The notes beneath the pieces were generated by a model that was not told where the DNA came from, searched no databases, and saw only the letters and a program-made list of their open reading frames with translations. A stretch of DNA of 64,000 bases from Patescibacteria group bacterium (lineage in GTDB: Bacteria; Patescibacteriota; JAQUNI01): contig JAQUNI010000001.1 of NCBI GenBank assembly GCA_028717685.1, forward strand, positions 633,329 through 697,328, written 5' to 3'. Shown here in pieces: positions 8,703 to 19,428 of this stretch. The translations under genes were made by a program, and so were the position numbers. The number at the start of each line of letters is the position of its first letter. Positions within the stretch are counted from its first letter, which is position 1.

Positions 8703-9026
8703 ATGAACCAAAAAAGTATTACCACGGCATTGGAATTGCCGGGCAAAAAGATAACCCAAAATTTGGGTTTGGTGCGGGGCATCACTGTTCGTTCAAGGTC
8801 AATTTTCGGCTCAATCGGGGGCTCATTGCAAACTTTGGTCGGAGGAAACATTTCGCTGTTCACTTCCTTGTGCGAGAAAACGCGCCAGCAGTCGTTTGAC
8901 TTAATGGTAAAACATGCCGAGGAAATGGGCGCCAATGCCATTATCGCGGTGCGCTATGATGCCAATGAAGTTATGTCCGGCGTAACTGAAGTGCTTTGCT
9001 ATGGCACGGCAGTGGTGGTTGAATAA
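8703..9026 (+). CDS. YbjQ/UPF0145 family protein
   Basis: [33 protein letters not shown]. Confidence 0.93.
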   Translation: MNQKSITTALELPGKKITQNLGLVRGITVRSRSIFGSIGGSLQTLVGGNISLFTSLCEKTRQQSFDLMVKHAEEMGANAIIAVRYDANEVMSGVTEVLCYGTAVVVE

Positions 9027-9144
9027 AAGGTTAGTAAAATAAATTTTTTCAATGGATTTCCAATAAATTGAACTTCAGATATCTCGGAACGTTATACGCC
9101 ATAATTAAAAGCCTTAATAAAAGTAGCCTTCAAAAAAACAATAT

Positions 9145-9477
9145 ATGAGCATGAAATCCGCTCAAGAACAAATCAAAAATATTTTTGACGAGATTCATAA
9201 AAAGAAAGGATTAAAACCAGATCCCTATTATTCTTTTGTCAGAATAGTGGAAGAGATTGGCGAGGTGGCACGACAGATTTTCAGTGAAAAAATTCGTCCT
9301 GAAAAGTATGACGGGGAAAACCTCAAAGAAGAGATTGTGGATGTGATCATAGAATTGTTGTACTATAGCTCTTTGCATGGCATTGAAGTAGAAAAAAAGA
9401 TTTTTGAGAAATTGGAAAAAATACGTCAAAATAATTTAAACAGCAAGACAAAAAATTTACATAACAGTGTGTATTAG
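9145..9477 (+). CDS. MazG-like nucleotide pyrophosphohydrolase
   Basis: EEIGEVA..LKEEIVD motif. Confidence 0.85.
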   Translation: MSMKSAQEQIKNIFDEIHKKKGLKPDPYYSFVRIVEEIGEVARQIFSEKIRPEKYDGENLKEEIVDVIIELLYYSSLHGIEVEKKIFEKLEKIRQNNLNSKTKNLHNSVY

Positions 9478-9530
9478 GCGTGGTTCAATTCACAAGAGTT
9501 GAATTATCAGCTTAATATTCATAAATCAAT

Positions 9531-9842
9531 ATGAAGCAGACAAAATTAATTTTTACAGGTTTTTTGGACGCGCTTGGTGTTGCTGCTTATGTGGTTGTGA
9601 TATCATTGATTCTGGGGCAGGGCGAAAAAATATTCGGCAAGATGGATAATTTTCTCGGGCCCGTGGCGCTTTTGCTGCTTCTCGTTTTATCCGCCGCGAT
9701 TACCGGAGCGCTCACGCTCGGCCGACCGATTATTCTTTATCTTCAAGGTCTGAAGAGAGAGGCGATCAAGCTTTTTCTCTATACTCTAGGCTGGCTTTTT
9801 TTAATGACCTTATTGGTTTTCACATTGCAAGTTTTAAAATAA
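9531..9842 (+). CDS. Hypothetical membrane protein (3 TM)
   Basis: Hydrophobic ORF with LLLVLSAAITGAL..GRPI pattern. Confidence 0.7.
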   Translation: MKQTKLIFTGFLDALGVAAYVVVISLILGQGEKIFGKMDNFLGPVALLLLLVLSAAITGALTLGRPIILYLQGLKREAIKLFLYTLGWLFLMTLLVFTLQVLK

Positions 9843-9940
9843 AATTTATTTTAAGAAGTGGAAACCCCGCTAGCCTAGTCATCGCTACGCGAGATCTTTA
9901 GACTAGCGGCTCAGGTAATCCATTCTTAAAATATAAAAAA

Positions 9941-10693
9941 ATGTACATCGTCATTTTAGTCGTCCCTGTTATCATCGCTATGCTCTCCATCAAACAAATT
10001 AACCAATATCAGAAGGGGGTGAAGTTCACACTGGGGAAGTTTGCGGGTATTTTAAATCCGGGGTGGAGGATTGTAGTGCCGGTTTTTCAGAGTTGCCGCA
10101 AAGTGGATATGCGGATTAAAGCTGTGGATGTGCCTGACCAGGAAGCGATCACCAAAGACAACATCTCTGTAACGGTAAACGCGGTTATTTATTATAAAGT
10201 GCGCGACGCCCAGAAAGCGATTATTGAAGTAGAAGACTTTTTTTATGCTGTTTCCCAGCTTGCACAAACGACAATGCGCAACGTTGTAGGCGAAGTTAAT
10301 CTAGACGAGCTTTTATCCAATCGCGAGGCGATTGCGGAGAAGATCAGGGGGATTGTAGATAAGGCTACGGATGCCTGGGGGATTGAAGTGCAATCCGTAG
10401 AATTAAAGGACGTGACTTTGCCCGAACAGATGAAGAGAGTAATTGGCAAGCAGGCGGAAGCAGAAAGAGAAAGGCGCGCGGTGATTATCCAAGCTGAAGG
10501 AGAAGCGGCGGCGGCGACAAATTTGGCTAAGGCGGCGACAATTTTATCCGGAGCGAATGGCGCCTTGCATTTGCGGACATTGAACACTTTAAATGACTTA
10601 GGCGCGGATAAATCAAATACAGTGGTTTTTGCCATTCCAGTAGAAATTTTGCGGGCTTTGGAAAAAAGGGGGAGCGATTATCCAAATCAATAA
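9941..10693 (+). CDS. SPFH/slipin (stomatin-like) protein
   Basis: ITKDN, LAQTTMRNVVG, QAEAERERRA. Confidence 0.93.
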   Translation: MYIVILVVPVIIAMLSIKQINQYQKGVKFTLGKFAGILNPGWRIVVPVFQSCRKVDMRIKAVDVPDQEAITKDNISVTVNAVIYYKVRDAQKAIIEVEDFFYAVSQLAQTTMRNVVGEVNLDELLSNREAIAEKIRGIVDKATDAWGIEVQSVELKDVTLPEQMKRVIGKQAEAERERRAVIIQAEGEAAAATNLAKAATILSGANGALHLRTLNTLNDLGADKSNTVVFAIPVEILRALEKRGSDYPNQ

Positions 10694-10719
10694 ATTACAT
10701 TTTTAACAAAAATAAAGAA

Positions 10720-11931
10720 ATGAAAATAGAAAGCAAAAAATTTCCGCAACAAGGTTTAGCGAAGCCATATGGAGTTCTTATTGTTTTTATAGTGATTTTA
10801 GGATTGGCGATTCTTGGCTATTTTATTTATAGGGGACCAGTCAAACCGGACGGGGTGATTTCAGAGAATGGTACGGGAGTAGTACCGGAGGGGAAAAATG
10901 GGCCCGCCGCGATTCCACAGAAGATTTTGGACAATAAATTTGGCTTTTTGTCCGCGGGATTTGACGATTATTTGTTTATGAATAGCGTGGGCGCAGGCTG
11001 GGTGAGGCCGCATCCGGGCGCGTTTCTGTGGGACGCCATGCAGAAAAACAAAAGTGCGGACTATAACTTTGCCAACACTGACCGCGCAGTGAAAAAATAC
11101 CAGGAGCATAATTTGGCGATTCTCGCTACGCTTTGGCCTTTCGCGGAATGGGATCAGAAAAGCAGGGACGGTTTTGACCTTTGCGCCGTGAGCGAGAATG
11201 ACGAGTTTTTACTGGATATAACCGGAAAAAGAGGCGAGGAATATATTGCCCAGCATAGATGCGCTCCTATGGATTGGACGGCTTATACGGCTTGGGTGAA
11301 AAATGTAGTAGAAAGATACGATGGCGACGGCAATGCTGATATGCCGGGACTCAAAATACCAATTAAATATTGGGAAGTAATGAATGAGCCGGATTTAGAC
11401 GGCAACGACAGATTGGATTTTTGGAAAGACAGCATAGCAGCATACGCGCAACTCTTAGTGCGCACAAGTGCGGCAATTAAAGAAGCGGATCCGGAAGCAA
11501 AAGTAGTAATTGCTGGAGCGGCAGGAGGGGACAAAAGATTTTTGGATTTTTACCGTTCAATTTTTAAGCAGAAGGAAGTGATAGAAATGTTTGATATTGC
11601 CAATATTCATTGCATTTCCAATGACACTTATGATTCCTTTAATGTTGAGCCATATAAAAAGATGCTAGCCGAATTCAAGATTAATAAACCGATTTGGGTG
11701 ACAGAGGCAGAGGCAATAGTATCAGCGGATATGGATGTCAATGCGACGCAGACTATGAAGAGCGCGGAGAAAGCGCTTTCGTTGGGGGCGGAGAGGATTT
11801 TTTTCACGCGTTACGATTTTGGGATACGCGGGGATTTGAATGATCGGCCGATGAAGAATATCCCTTTGATCAAGGCTGAAATTTTCGGCAAAGACCCAGA
11901 AGCAGCGTATAAGAAAATAATTAGTCAGTAG
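10720..11931 (+). CDS. Membrane-anchored clan GH-A glycoside hydrolase (GH5/GH39-like)
   Basis: YWEVMNEPD acid/base motif, PIWVTE nucleophile motif, N-terminal TM. Confidence 0.8.
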   Translation: MKIESKKFPQQGLAKPYGVLIVFIVILGLAILGYFIYRGPVKPDGVISENGTGVVPEGKNGPAAIPQKILDNKFGFLSAGFDDYLFMNSVGAGWVRPHPGAFLWDAMQKNKSADYNFANTDRAVKKYQEHNLAILATLWPFAEWDQKSRDGFDLCAVSENDEFLLDITGKRGEEYIAQHRCAPMDWTAYTAWVKNVVERYDGDGNADMPGLKIPIKYWEVMNEPDLDGNDRLDFWKDSIAAYAQLLVRTSAAIKEADPEAKVVIAGAAGGDKRFLDFYRSIFKQKEVIEMFDIANIHCISNDTYDSFNVEPYKKMLAEFKINKPIWVTEAEAIVSADMDVNATQTMKSAEKALSLGAERIFFTRYDFGIRGDLNDRPMKNIPLIKAEIFGKDPEAAYKKIISQ

Positions 11932-11976
11932 ATAATTTACAAAATAAATTGATTTTATCAGTATCAACTAAATTTT

Positions 11977-12534
11977 ATGAAAAAATCACACGAAAATTTA
12001 TTAAAAGCAATCGCTGGCGAATCGATGGCACGGAATAAATACACCTATTACGCGGAAATCGCAATGAAAGAGGGGTTAGTTTGGATCGCGCGCGTTTTTG
12101 AGGAAACGGCTGACAATGAAAGAGCGCACGCGCAAGAGGAATTAGAAAAATTGCATGAAAAGACAGAGATGACAAATACTTACGATATTCATCCACTGGG
12201 GACGACTTTGGAAAATTTGCGTAATGCGGCAGCGGGGGAAACCTACGAATTTGGCACGATGTATCCTGATTTTGAGAAAGTCGCGCGCGAGGAAGATGAA
12301 GAAGGGATAGCGACTTTGTTTAAAGAAATCGCGGAGGTGGAAGAGAAGCATGCCGAGCGCTATAACATTTTAGCCGAGCGCCTAGAAAAAGGATTGCTTT
12401 TCAAAAGTGATGCCGAGATTGAATGGAAATGTTTAAATTGCGGGTATATCCACAAAGGAATATCGGCGCCTGAAAAATGCCCGCTTTGCCAAAAACCGCA
12501 AGGCTATTATATGGCTTTGGGCGCGGTTAGATAA
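11977..12534 (+). CDS. rbr: Rubrerythrin
   Basis: AGESMA, E..H diiron motifs, C-terminal CLNCG..CPLC. Confidence 0.95.
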   Translation: MKKSHENLLKAIAGESMARNKYTYYAEIAMKEGLVWIARVFEETADNERAHAQEELEKLHEKTEMTNTYDIHPLGTTLENLRNAAAGETYEFGTMYPDFEKVAREEDEEGIATLFKEIAEVEEKHAERYNILAERLEKGLLFKSDAEIEWKCLNCGYIHKGISAPEKCPLCQKPQGYYMALGAVR

Positions 12535-12607
12535 AATATGTTTTTTTGGATCTATTTAACAGGATTGTCGGCTGGCTTGATATCCGACATTCTATTGGTG
12601 CAAGATC

Positions 12608-13102
12608 ATGAAAGATTACAAAAGCTTATTTGGCAAGTATAGAACAGTTGTCGACCTCTCTGTCCATACTATTTTATCTTTTGGAATTTCAATCTGGCTA
12701 ATAGTTTTCCAGTTTCCCCTCGTTTATTTTGCTGCTTGTTTTTTAGCCGGATTATTATTAGATATGGATCATTTTTTGAACAGAACTATTGCTAGATTGT
12801 TAAGAGTAAAGAGCCACGAAGACAGCTTAATGTATGGATCTGGCGGTTGCGTAATTAAAATAGCGCACGGTTTTGACATTAGTTTTTTGTTTGGACTGTT
12901 ATATTTTTTAATAACGTCCGACCTTGTTTTTTCATTATTGATTTTTATGAGTTTGTGCGCGCATGAGTTTTGGGATTTCGTCGTTTATCCTCATACATGG
13001 AAAGAATTATTTTTGTTCACCAGGATTAGAAAGGGTTTTTATCCTGGGCAGAGAAAGAAATTTGTTGGAAGAATATTTGATTATAAGACATTAAAATTTT
13101 AA
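12608..13102 (+). CDS. Putative metal-dependent membrane hydrolase
   Basis: VH, LLDMDH, AHG, AHEFWD motifs and TM segments. Confidence 0.6.
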   Translation: MKDYKSLFGKYRTVVDLSVHTILSFGISIWLIVFQFPLVYFAACFLAGLLLDMDHFLNRTIARLLRVKSHEDSLMYGSGGCVIKIAHGFDISFLFGLLYFLITSDLVFSLLIFMSLCAHEFWDFVVYPHTWKELFLFTRIRKGFYPGQRKKFVGRIFDYKTLKF

Positions 13103-13148
13103 GCTAACATAAAGGAAATAAAGCTATTTAAAAAAATAAATAAAAACC

Positions 13149-13634
13149 ATGGCTAAACCCACTACCTATGCCACGCCGATTTGCCTCGGCTTAACAGCGC
13201 TTTTGATCATTGGCGCCATAATCGGTGTTTGGAAAATGAGCCCTCTTATAATTATTCTGTTTTTATTACCAGCGGTTGCCTACGAGGTTTACCGCACTGA
13301 AGGGAGGTCCACGAAGTTGGCTTCTTGGGTAATGCTTTTGATTTTGTTAGCGGAGATTATTGCCGTTTCCTTCAAGATTAATTTTAATCTGGCGAAGTTT
13401 TTTGGAGAGGAAGGAGGATATGTTGGCGGTTATTATGTTCCTTTCGGTGATTTGAGGGTTATTTTTCCGGCCATTGTCGCTGTCCTATCTATTATCCTCT
13501 TTGTGAGGACTTACGGCGTTTACACCAAGTGGCTGGCAGTTTTAATTTTTATCGGCGCTTTTGTAATCATTTATGTCTTGGATCCAGCAGTACTAAAGAT
13601 GCTTTTAATAGATAACATACGGAAAGTTTTTTAA
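13149..13634 (+). CDS. Hypothetical membrane protein
   Basis: About 5 TM helices. Confidence 0.7.
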   Translation: MAKPTTYATPICLGLTALLIIGAIIGVWKMSPLIIILFLLPAVAYEVYRTEGRSTKLASWVMLLILLAEIIAVSFKINFNLAKFFGEEGGYVGGYYVPFGDLRVIFPAIVAVLSIILFVRTYGVYTKWLAVLIFIGAFVIIYVLDPAVLKMLLIDNIRKVF

Positions 13635-13693
13635 TAGCGCATCACATAAAAAAGCCTAGCAGAATTGTCTTTATTTTAATAAATTTAAAAACT

Positions 13694-14119
13694 ATGAGGA
13701 CAAAAATTCTTCTTGCCCTTACCCTGATTTTTTTCCTGGGTGGGGTAAGCGCGGCAATGGCGAAAGCCACAGCCGCGGCGCAAAATTCTGGCAAGGTTAA
13801 TACTGCCTGCATCCAGAGCGCGGCGGAAAAGAGAGAAAGCGCGATTATTGCTGCCTATGCTAAAAAGACGGATGCGATTAAAGCCGCTTTAGAGACGAGG
13901 AAAGCGGCTCTGAAGGAGGCTTGGGGAAAAGCCACAGTGCGGGAGAGAGTGCAAGCGCGAGCGCAGGCATGGAAGACCTTTAAGGCGGCGGAAGTGAAAG
14001 CGCGGCTTACTTATAATCGGGAATTAAAAGCGGCGTGGGCTACTTTTAATAAGGAGCGGAAGGCCTGCAAGATTACGGAAACTAATGATGAAAATGGCGC
14101 CACGGATACGGGGTTGTAA
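13694..14119 (+). CDS. Secreted Ala/Lys-rich helical protein
   Basis: Signal peptide; coiled-coil closed by two Cys residues. Confidence 0.7.
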   Translation: MRTKILLALTLIFFLGGVSAAMAKATAAAQNSGKVNTACIQSAAEKRESAIIAAYAKKTDAIKAALETRKAALKEAWGKATVRERVQARAQAWKTFKAAEVKARLTYNRELKAAWATFNKERKACKITETNDENGATDTGL

Positions 14120-14142
14120 AATATTATCAGTTCACCAACGCG

Positions 14143-14176
14143 CAAAGGCGAGGTTTTTTCAAACCTCGCCTTTTTT
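14143..14176 (+). terminator. Intrinsic terminator
   Basis: AAAGGCGAGGTTT-loop-AAACCTCGCCTTTTTT. Confidence 0.8.
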
Positions 14177-14237
14177 GTTCTTTTTGCTTATGATAAGAAT
14201 ATTAGTTGTTAATCCTTTATAACTGAAGTCCATTTTT

Positions 14238-15908
14238 ATGCGATTTTTAAGCCGTCTTTCGCGCAAAGAGCAATATATCAGTTTGGGGGTAGTTTTTGTT
14301 TTGACCACGATTTCCATTTTTGCCTTTAATCCATATGAATATGGCTTATCAGACCACGCGATTACTATTCCTTTTTTGAAATCGATAGCAAATCCCAGCC
14401 TATACCCTAATGATTATTTAGTAGCAGAAAAGTCTTATTATTATAGTTACTTCTGGCAAGCTTTGGGTTTTATCGGCCGTTACTTCCCGCTTAATATCCC
14501 CCTTTTATTTTTTGTTCTTTATTATGTTTCCCTGTTTTTCTTTTTCTGGGGGATTTACTTAATTGCCAAACTCATTTTTCAAAAACAGGAGGTGGCGTAT
14601 CTATCTCTCTTTTTCCTTTTGTTTTTCAAGCCGACCTTAGGCGGAATGTCCACCTTTGACCGCGCTTTTTTGACGCGGGTGGCGGTTCTACCCATTCTGG
14701 TTTTTGCTTTTTATTTTTTTCTCAAAAAGAAGTTTTTGTGGTCTTTTGTTTTGCAGGGATTGGGTTTTCTGATGCACCCTTTAAGCGCGGCGCATATGAT
14801 TGCTATTCTATTTTTAGCGTCAATCATTTGGATACGGGAGATGGGCTGGAAAAGATTATTGGTTTATTTAATTATTTTGGCAAGCATGGCAAGTCCAATT
14901 TTTATTTGGAAGATTATTTCCTCGCCTCCTTCCGTGAGCCTTTTGCACGCGAACGCAGATTGGTTAGAACTGCTTCGCTTGCGGTCCGCTGATGAAATTT
15001 TCCCCTTTTCTTGGTCTCGGGTAGTTTTTTTGGAGGCGGGATTAGTCTTTTTAGCTTTTTTAGCAAGTTGGAAATACAAGCCGCAAGCCCAATACCATCG
15101 GATCATCATTGGCGCCGCCTTTTTAATAATTGGTTTTTGCATTTTGGGCACAATCTTTTCGGAAATTTATTCCTTCCCTCTGGCGCTGAATTTACAGCTC
15201 TTCCGCAGTTTTCAGTGGTTAGTTTATTTAGCTTTCATCTATTTTGCCAATTATGTTTTTCAGGAACTTCGAAGCGGCAGGGGATTATGTAAATTATCAG
15301 CAGTTCTTCTCGCTCTCGGCATTTTTTATGGAGCAAGCAACTGGGTTTATGGTTACGCGGCTTTTTTGATTTTAGCGTTGCTCTTGGTTTTAAAAAAGAG
15401 AGGAACAGATTCTAAATTACCGCGCTATTTTGTCCACGCTCTTTTGGCTGTGGTTCTAATTTTAGGCAGTATTTTTTACTTTCAGGGAGAAAGATTTTCT
15501 TGGGGTAATCATCAAGAGAAATTTTGGCTGGATGTGGCGAAAAAAGCGAAGGCAGAGACAGGACAAAGGGATGTGTTCATTGTGCCGCCTCATTTAGAGG
15601 GTTTTCGTATTGAATCGGAGAGAACAATCTACGGCGACTGGAAAGACGGGACTTTGACTTTTTACAATCCGGCTTTTGGCAAGGAGTGGCTTATGAGGAT
15701 GCAAAGACTGGGTTATCAGAGGGATGTTCCTTTGAAAGAGAGTTTTTTTGTTCTTTCGGAAGCAGATTTTCGCGCCATCGCGAAAGAAACGCGGCAAAGA
15801 GCGGGGGAGAAATCTCGGGTTTTTCTGGTAACTTTCCGCAATGGGAAACAACTTAATTTTCCCTTGGCTTATGGGAATGAGAAGTTTTTGGTTTATGAAA
15901 TTAAGTAG
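14238..15908 (+). CDS. Multi-TM GT-C-like membrane protein (DUF6798-like C-terminus)
   Basis: LYPND, GFRIESER..YGDWKD, EWLMRM motifs. Confidence 0.65.
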   Translation: MRFLSRLSRKEQYISLGVVFVLTTISIFAFNPYEYGLSDHAITIPFLKSIANPSLYPNDYLVAEKSYYYSYFWQALGFIGRYFPLNIPLLFFVLYYVSLFFFFWGIYLIAKLIFQKQEVAYLSLFFLLFFKPTLGGMSTFDRAFLTRVAVLPILVFAFYFFLKKKFLWSFVLQGLGFLMHPLSAAHMIAILFLASIIWIREMGWKRLLVYLIILASMASPIFIWKIISSPPSVSLLHANADWLELLRLRSADEIFPFSWSRVVFLEAGLVFLAFLASWKYKPQAQYHRIIIGAAFLIIGFCILGTIFSEIYSFPLALNLQLFRSFQWLVYLAFIYFANYVFQELRSGRGLCKLSAVLLALGIFYGASNWVYGYAAFLILALLLVLKKRGTDSKLPRYFVHALLAVVLILGSIFYFQGERFSWGNHQEKFWLDVAKKAKAETGQRDVFIVPPHLEGFRIESERTIYGDWKDGTLTFYNPAFGKEWLMRMQRLGYQRDVPLKESFFVLSEADFRAIAKETRQRAGEKSRVFLVTFRNGKQLNFPLAYGNEKFLVYEIK

Positions 15909-16129
15909 AATATAAAGAATAAAGCATTTTTTATTTATTTAAGAAATCCGTAAAACAAGAAACAAAAAATAAGAAATGAGCAAGAAACAAAAAATACCAA
16001 ATAATAAATATTGAAAGGCGAAAGTATAGCACAGCGAATACCGTAGTCTAAATTTCAGGGCATTGTTTCATAAATTATTAATTAATCTTTATCTTACAAT
16101 TCAGATAGACTATAATTTAAAGACTAATG

Positions 16130-16166
16130 CTCTAAATTCTACATTCTACATTCCAAATTCTAAATT
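16130..16166. repeat. Heptamer tract (TTCTAMA) upstream of dnaG
   Basis: CTCTAAA TTCTACA TTCTACA TTCCAAA TTCTAAA. Confidence 0.7.
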
Positions 16167-16173
16167 TTAACCT

Positions 16174-17964
16174 ATGAATGAGGTTGAAGAAATTAAAAAT
16201 CGGCTTAATGTTGCCGATGTAATCGCGGACTATATCCAATTGACGCCGGTCGGCGCCAATTTCAAAGCCCGTTGTCCTTTTCACAGCGAGAAAACGCCAT
16301 CTTTTTATGTTTCGCCGGAAAAGCAGATTTGGCATTGTTTCGGGTGTGAAGCGGGCGGTGACATTTTTACTTTTGTCCAAAAAATGGAGGGGCTTGAATT
16401 TCGGGAGGCGCTCAAGATTTTGGCCGATAAGGCGGGCGTAAAGTTGGAAGCGCGCGATCCGAATTTGGAAACAGAACGCGATAGACTGGTTAGCCTTTGC
16501 GAGTGGGCGGCGCGCTTTTTTCACCAGGCTCTTTTGCGTTCCCGTGAGGGGAAGATCGCCAGGGATTATCTGGTTTCGCGCAAGGTTGGAGAAAAAATGA
16601 TCCAGAAATTTCTGCTTGGCTATTCTCCTTTTTCCTGGAATCTCACTATGGATTTTCTGCGCAAGAAAGGGTTTTCCGCGGCGGAGATTTTCGCCGCAGG
16701 GCTTGCGAGCCAAAAAACCCCGGGCAGATTTTATGATCGTTTTCGGGGACGACTGACATTCCCTTTGCGCAACATCCACGGTCAGACAGTTGGTTTTGGC
16801 GCACGGGTTTTAAATGAAGAGAGGGATCATTTGGGCAAGTATATTAATTCTCCTCAAAGCCTGATTTATGATAAAAGCGGCTTGCTTTACGCCTTGGATC
16901 AAGCGAAACAGATGATTAAAAAAGAAAATCTCTGCATCGCAGTGGAAGGATATTTGGATGTGATCTCCTCCCATCAGGCAGGGGTCACCAACGTGGTGGG
17001 CGTTTCGGGTACTGCTCTTACTTCCGCTCAACTTGCTTTAATGAAAAGGTATACCCATAATCTTGCGCTTTGCTTTGACGCGGACATGGCTGGAGTCGGA
17101 GCCGCCAAGCGCGGCATTGAAAACGCAATCGCGGCTGGCTTAGCTGTCCGCGTCATTATTTTACCTAAAGACGAGGATCCCGATTCTTTGATCAGGAAAA
17201 ATCCAGAGCTTTGGCGTGAAGCCACCAAGCGAGCAGTCGGAATTATGGAATTCTATTTTGATCTAGCTTTAAAGCGTTACAACCCAGAGGATCTTGCGGG
17301 AAAGAAAATGATTGCCGCTGAAGTTTTACCAACAGTTAAAAAAATACCAGACCAGATTGAACAAGCCTATTATTTACAAAAGTTGTCATCTCTCATTAAC
17401 ATTCGCGAGGAATCTTTGCGCGAGGCAATGGCTAGAATAGATTTAACTTTTCAATATTCTCAAAATCCTGATCGCAATACTGTCGCACCGCCAGCGGATT
17501 TTAGCCCTGCGCCCGCGGATATCGTAGGCCGCCGTCTTTTAGGTCTCGGCTTAAAATACCCCCGTTTTTTAGGGGAAATTTTAGAGGAATCCAAACCCTC
17601 TATTTTATCCTCCGAATGGCAGGATATTTACAAAGTCTTAAGCGAATATTATAATAAGAGAAGGAGCTTTGATTTTATTCATTTTAAGCGAAAAATTCAG
17701 ACTTCCCATCCGCAGTATGTCACGCGTTTAGAAGTGGCTATTTTAGATGTGGAAAAAGATTTAGAAGAAAATGACCAAAAGGAGGACATTATCGCTTTAG
17801 AGGTGCAACAGGCTTTAAAAAGGCTTAAGGAGCAGTATTATAGACAAAAATTAGAAGCGATTGAACTTCAAATGCAGAGAGCGGAAAATATCAAAGATAG
17901 AATTCTCTTACAGAGTTTGACTAAACAACTTCAATCTTTCACCCAAAAATTGGGGAAATTATAG
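16174..17964 (+). CDS. dnaG: DNA primase
   Basis: CPFHSEKTPSF..CFGC zinc finger, KYINSP, EGYLD, FDADMAG Toprim motifs. Confidence 0.98.
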   Translation: MNEVEEIKNRLNVADVIADYIQLTPVGANFKARCPFHSEKTPSFYVSPEKQIWHCFGCEAGGDIFTFVQKMEGLEFREALKILADKAGVKLEARDPNLETERDRLVSLCEWAARFFHQALLRSREGKIARDYLVSRKVGEKMIQKFLLGYSPFSWNLTMDFLRKKGFSAAEIFAAGLASQKTPGRFYDRFRGRLTFPLRNIHGQTVGFGARVLNEERDHLGKYINSPQSLIYDKSGLLYALDQAKQMIKKENLCIAVEGYLDVISSHQAGVTNVVGVSGTALTSAQLALMKRYTHNLALCFDADMAGVGAAKRGIENAIAAGLAVRVIILPKDEDPDSLIRKNPELWREATKRAVGIMEFYFDLALKRYNPEDLAGKKMIAAEVLPTVKKIPDQIEQAYYLQKLSSLINIREESLREAMARIDLTFQYSQNPDRNTVAPPADFSPAPADIVGRRLLGLGLKYPRFLGEILEESKPSILSSEWQDIYKVLSEYYNKRRSFDFIHFKRKIQTSHPQYVTRLEVAILDVEKDLEENDQKEDIIALEVQQALKRLKEQYYRQKLEAIELQMQRAENIKDRILLQSLTKQLQSFTQKLGKL

Positions 17965-17987
17965 GTATAAATTTTTAAACTTTCATT

Positions 17988-18026
17988 CCTGCCTGCCTAT
18001 CGGCAGATAGGTCTGCCAGCAGGCAT
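17988..18026. repeat. CCTGCCTGCC..GGCAGG palindromic element (related copy 62849-62873)
   Basis: CCTGCCTGCCTATCGGCAGATAGGTCTGCCAGCAGGCAT. Confidence 0.55.
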
Positions 18027-18050
18027 GATTTAACTTTTAATTTAACCTTC

Positions 18051-19391
18051 GTGCCTCGTCGTAAAAAAACAACAGTGAGGCGCAAATCGCGCCGCAAGAA
18101 ATCTTACAAGCGGAGTCCGCAGCCCAAAAAAATGGGAATAAAGAAGAGGAAAAAAAATAAGCCTAAAACTAAAAGAACGGCTTGGCAGAGAGCTCGCCCC
18201 GCAAGGAAGAGAAAACCTCTTTATTTTTCGCGCGCGAAAAAAAGCGCCGCTAGGCGCAAAAAGACCCGTCGTCCAGTCAGGCGGACGAGGCGGAAAAGCG
18301 CGGTTTCGCAAACGAAATTAGATTATCTTTTTCATAAAGGCAAAGAGCAGGGTTTTATCACGGTGAACGAGATTTTAGCAGCAATTCCTGAGATTGAAGA
18401 TTACGAAGAAGCTCTAGACGATTTTTTATCTAAATTAGAAGAAGAGGGAGTGAGTATAGAAGAAACCAAAGGGGATTTAATTGAGAAGGCAGAAGAGAGC
18501 GGGGAGGAAGAAGGGGAGAAGTCTCCGAAAGAAATAGGATTTTGGGAGGGTCTGGATCTTGGCGATATCTCTTCAGATTCGGTTCAGATGTATTTGCGGG
18601 AGATCGGCAAAGTACCCCTTCTGACTTCTCAAGAAGAGGTTGATTTATCCAAGCGCAAAGAAAAAGATGACCAGGAAGCGAAGAATAAGCTTATTGAAGC
18701 TAATTTGCGCCTCGTTGTTTCTATAGCTAAAAAATACACCGGACGTTCTCTTTCTCTTTTAGATTTAATTCAAGAAGGCAACATTGGTCTTTTCCGGGCG
18801 GTAGAAAAATTTGATTACCGCAGGGGCTATAAATTTTCCACTTATGCCACTTGGTGGGTTCGTCAGGCAATCACGCGGGCGCTCGCCGACCAATCGCGCA
18901 CGATTCGGATTCCCGTGCATATGGTGGAAACGATTAATAAATTCACCCAGACGGAAAGACGTTTAGTGCAGGATTTGGGACGAGAGCCGATGCCTGAGGA
19001 AATCGCGGCGGAAATGGGCATTCCCTTGGAAAAAGTGCGGCAGATTTTAAAGGTGTCGCAGGAAACTGTTTCTTTGGAAACGACCGTGGGTGAAGATGAC
19101 GAAGATTCAACCCTTGGCGATTTTATTGAAGATGAAAAGACGCCTACCCCGGACCGCTTGGCGGGTCAGGAACTCTTAAGAAACCATATTAAGGACGTAA
19201 TTCGGGATTTAAACCCCAGGGAGCAGAGGATTTTAAATATGCGTTTTGGTTTAAGCGATGGCATCTCTCATACCTTGGAAGAGGTGGGGCAGGAGTTCGG
19301 CGTCACCCGTGAGCGGATCCGCCAAATTGAAGCGAAAGCTTTGGAAAAGATTCGGGATCATACGTTGATTAAGAAGTTGAAGGATTATTAG
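18051..19391 (+). CDS. rpoD: RNA polymerase sigma factor RpoD with a basic N-terminal extension
   Basis: [40 protein letters not shown]. Confidence 0.98.
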   Translation: MPRRKKTTVRRKSRRKKSYKRSPQPKKMGIKKRKKNKPKTKRTAWQRARPARKRKPLYFSRAKKSAARRKKTRRPVRRTRRKSAVSQTKLDYLFHKGKEQGFITVNEILAAIPEIEDYEEALDDFLSKLEEEGVSIEETKGDLIEKAEESGEEEGEKSPKEIGFWEGLDLGDISSDSVQMYLREIGKVPLLTSQEEVDLSKRKEKDDQEAKNKLIEANLRLVVSIAKKYTGRSLSLLDLIQEGNIGLFRAVEKFDYRRGYKFSTYATWWVRQAITRALADQSRTIRIPVHMVETINKFTQTERRLVQDLGREPMPEEIAAEMGIPLEKVRQILKVSQETVSLETTVGEDDEDSTLGDFIEDEKTPTPDRLAGQELLRNHIKDVIRDLNPREQRILNMRFGLSDGISHTLEEVGQEFGVTRERIRQIEAKALEKIRDHTLIKKLKDY

Positions 19392-19393
19392 AG

Positions 19394-19428
19394 TAGCAAT
19401 CGGTAATCAGTAACTGGTAATCGGTAAT
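19394..19428. repeat. Left heptamer tract (YRGTAAT x5)
   Basis: TAGCAAT CGGTAAT CAGTAAC TGGTAAT CGGTAAT. Confidence 0.9.

Noticed and set aside
16132-16779. 215-aa antisense ORF and similar shadow ORFs (e.g. 36630-37097, 39101-39694, 46092-46574)
   Set aside because: They lie opposite confidently identified genes and show no recognisable motifs
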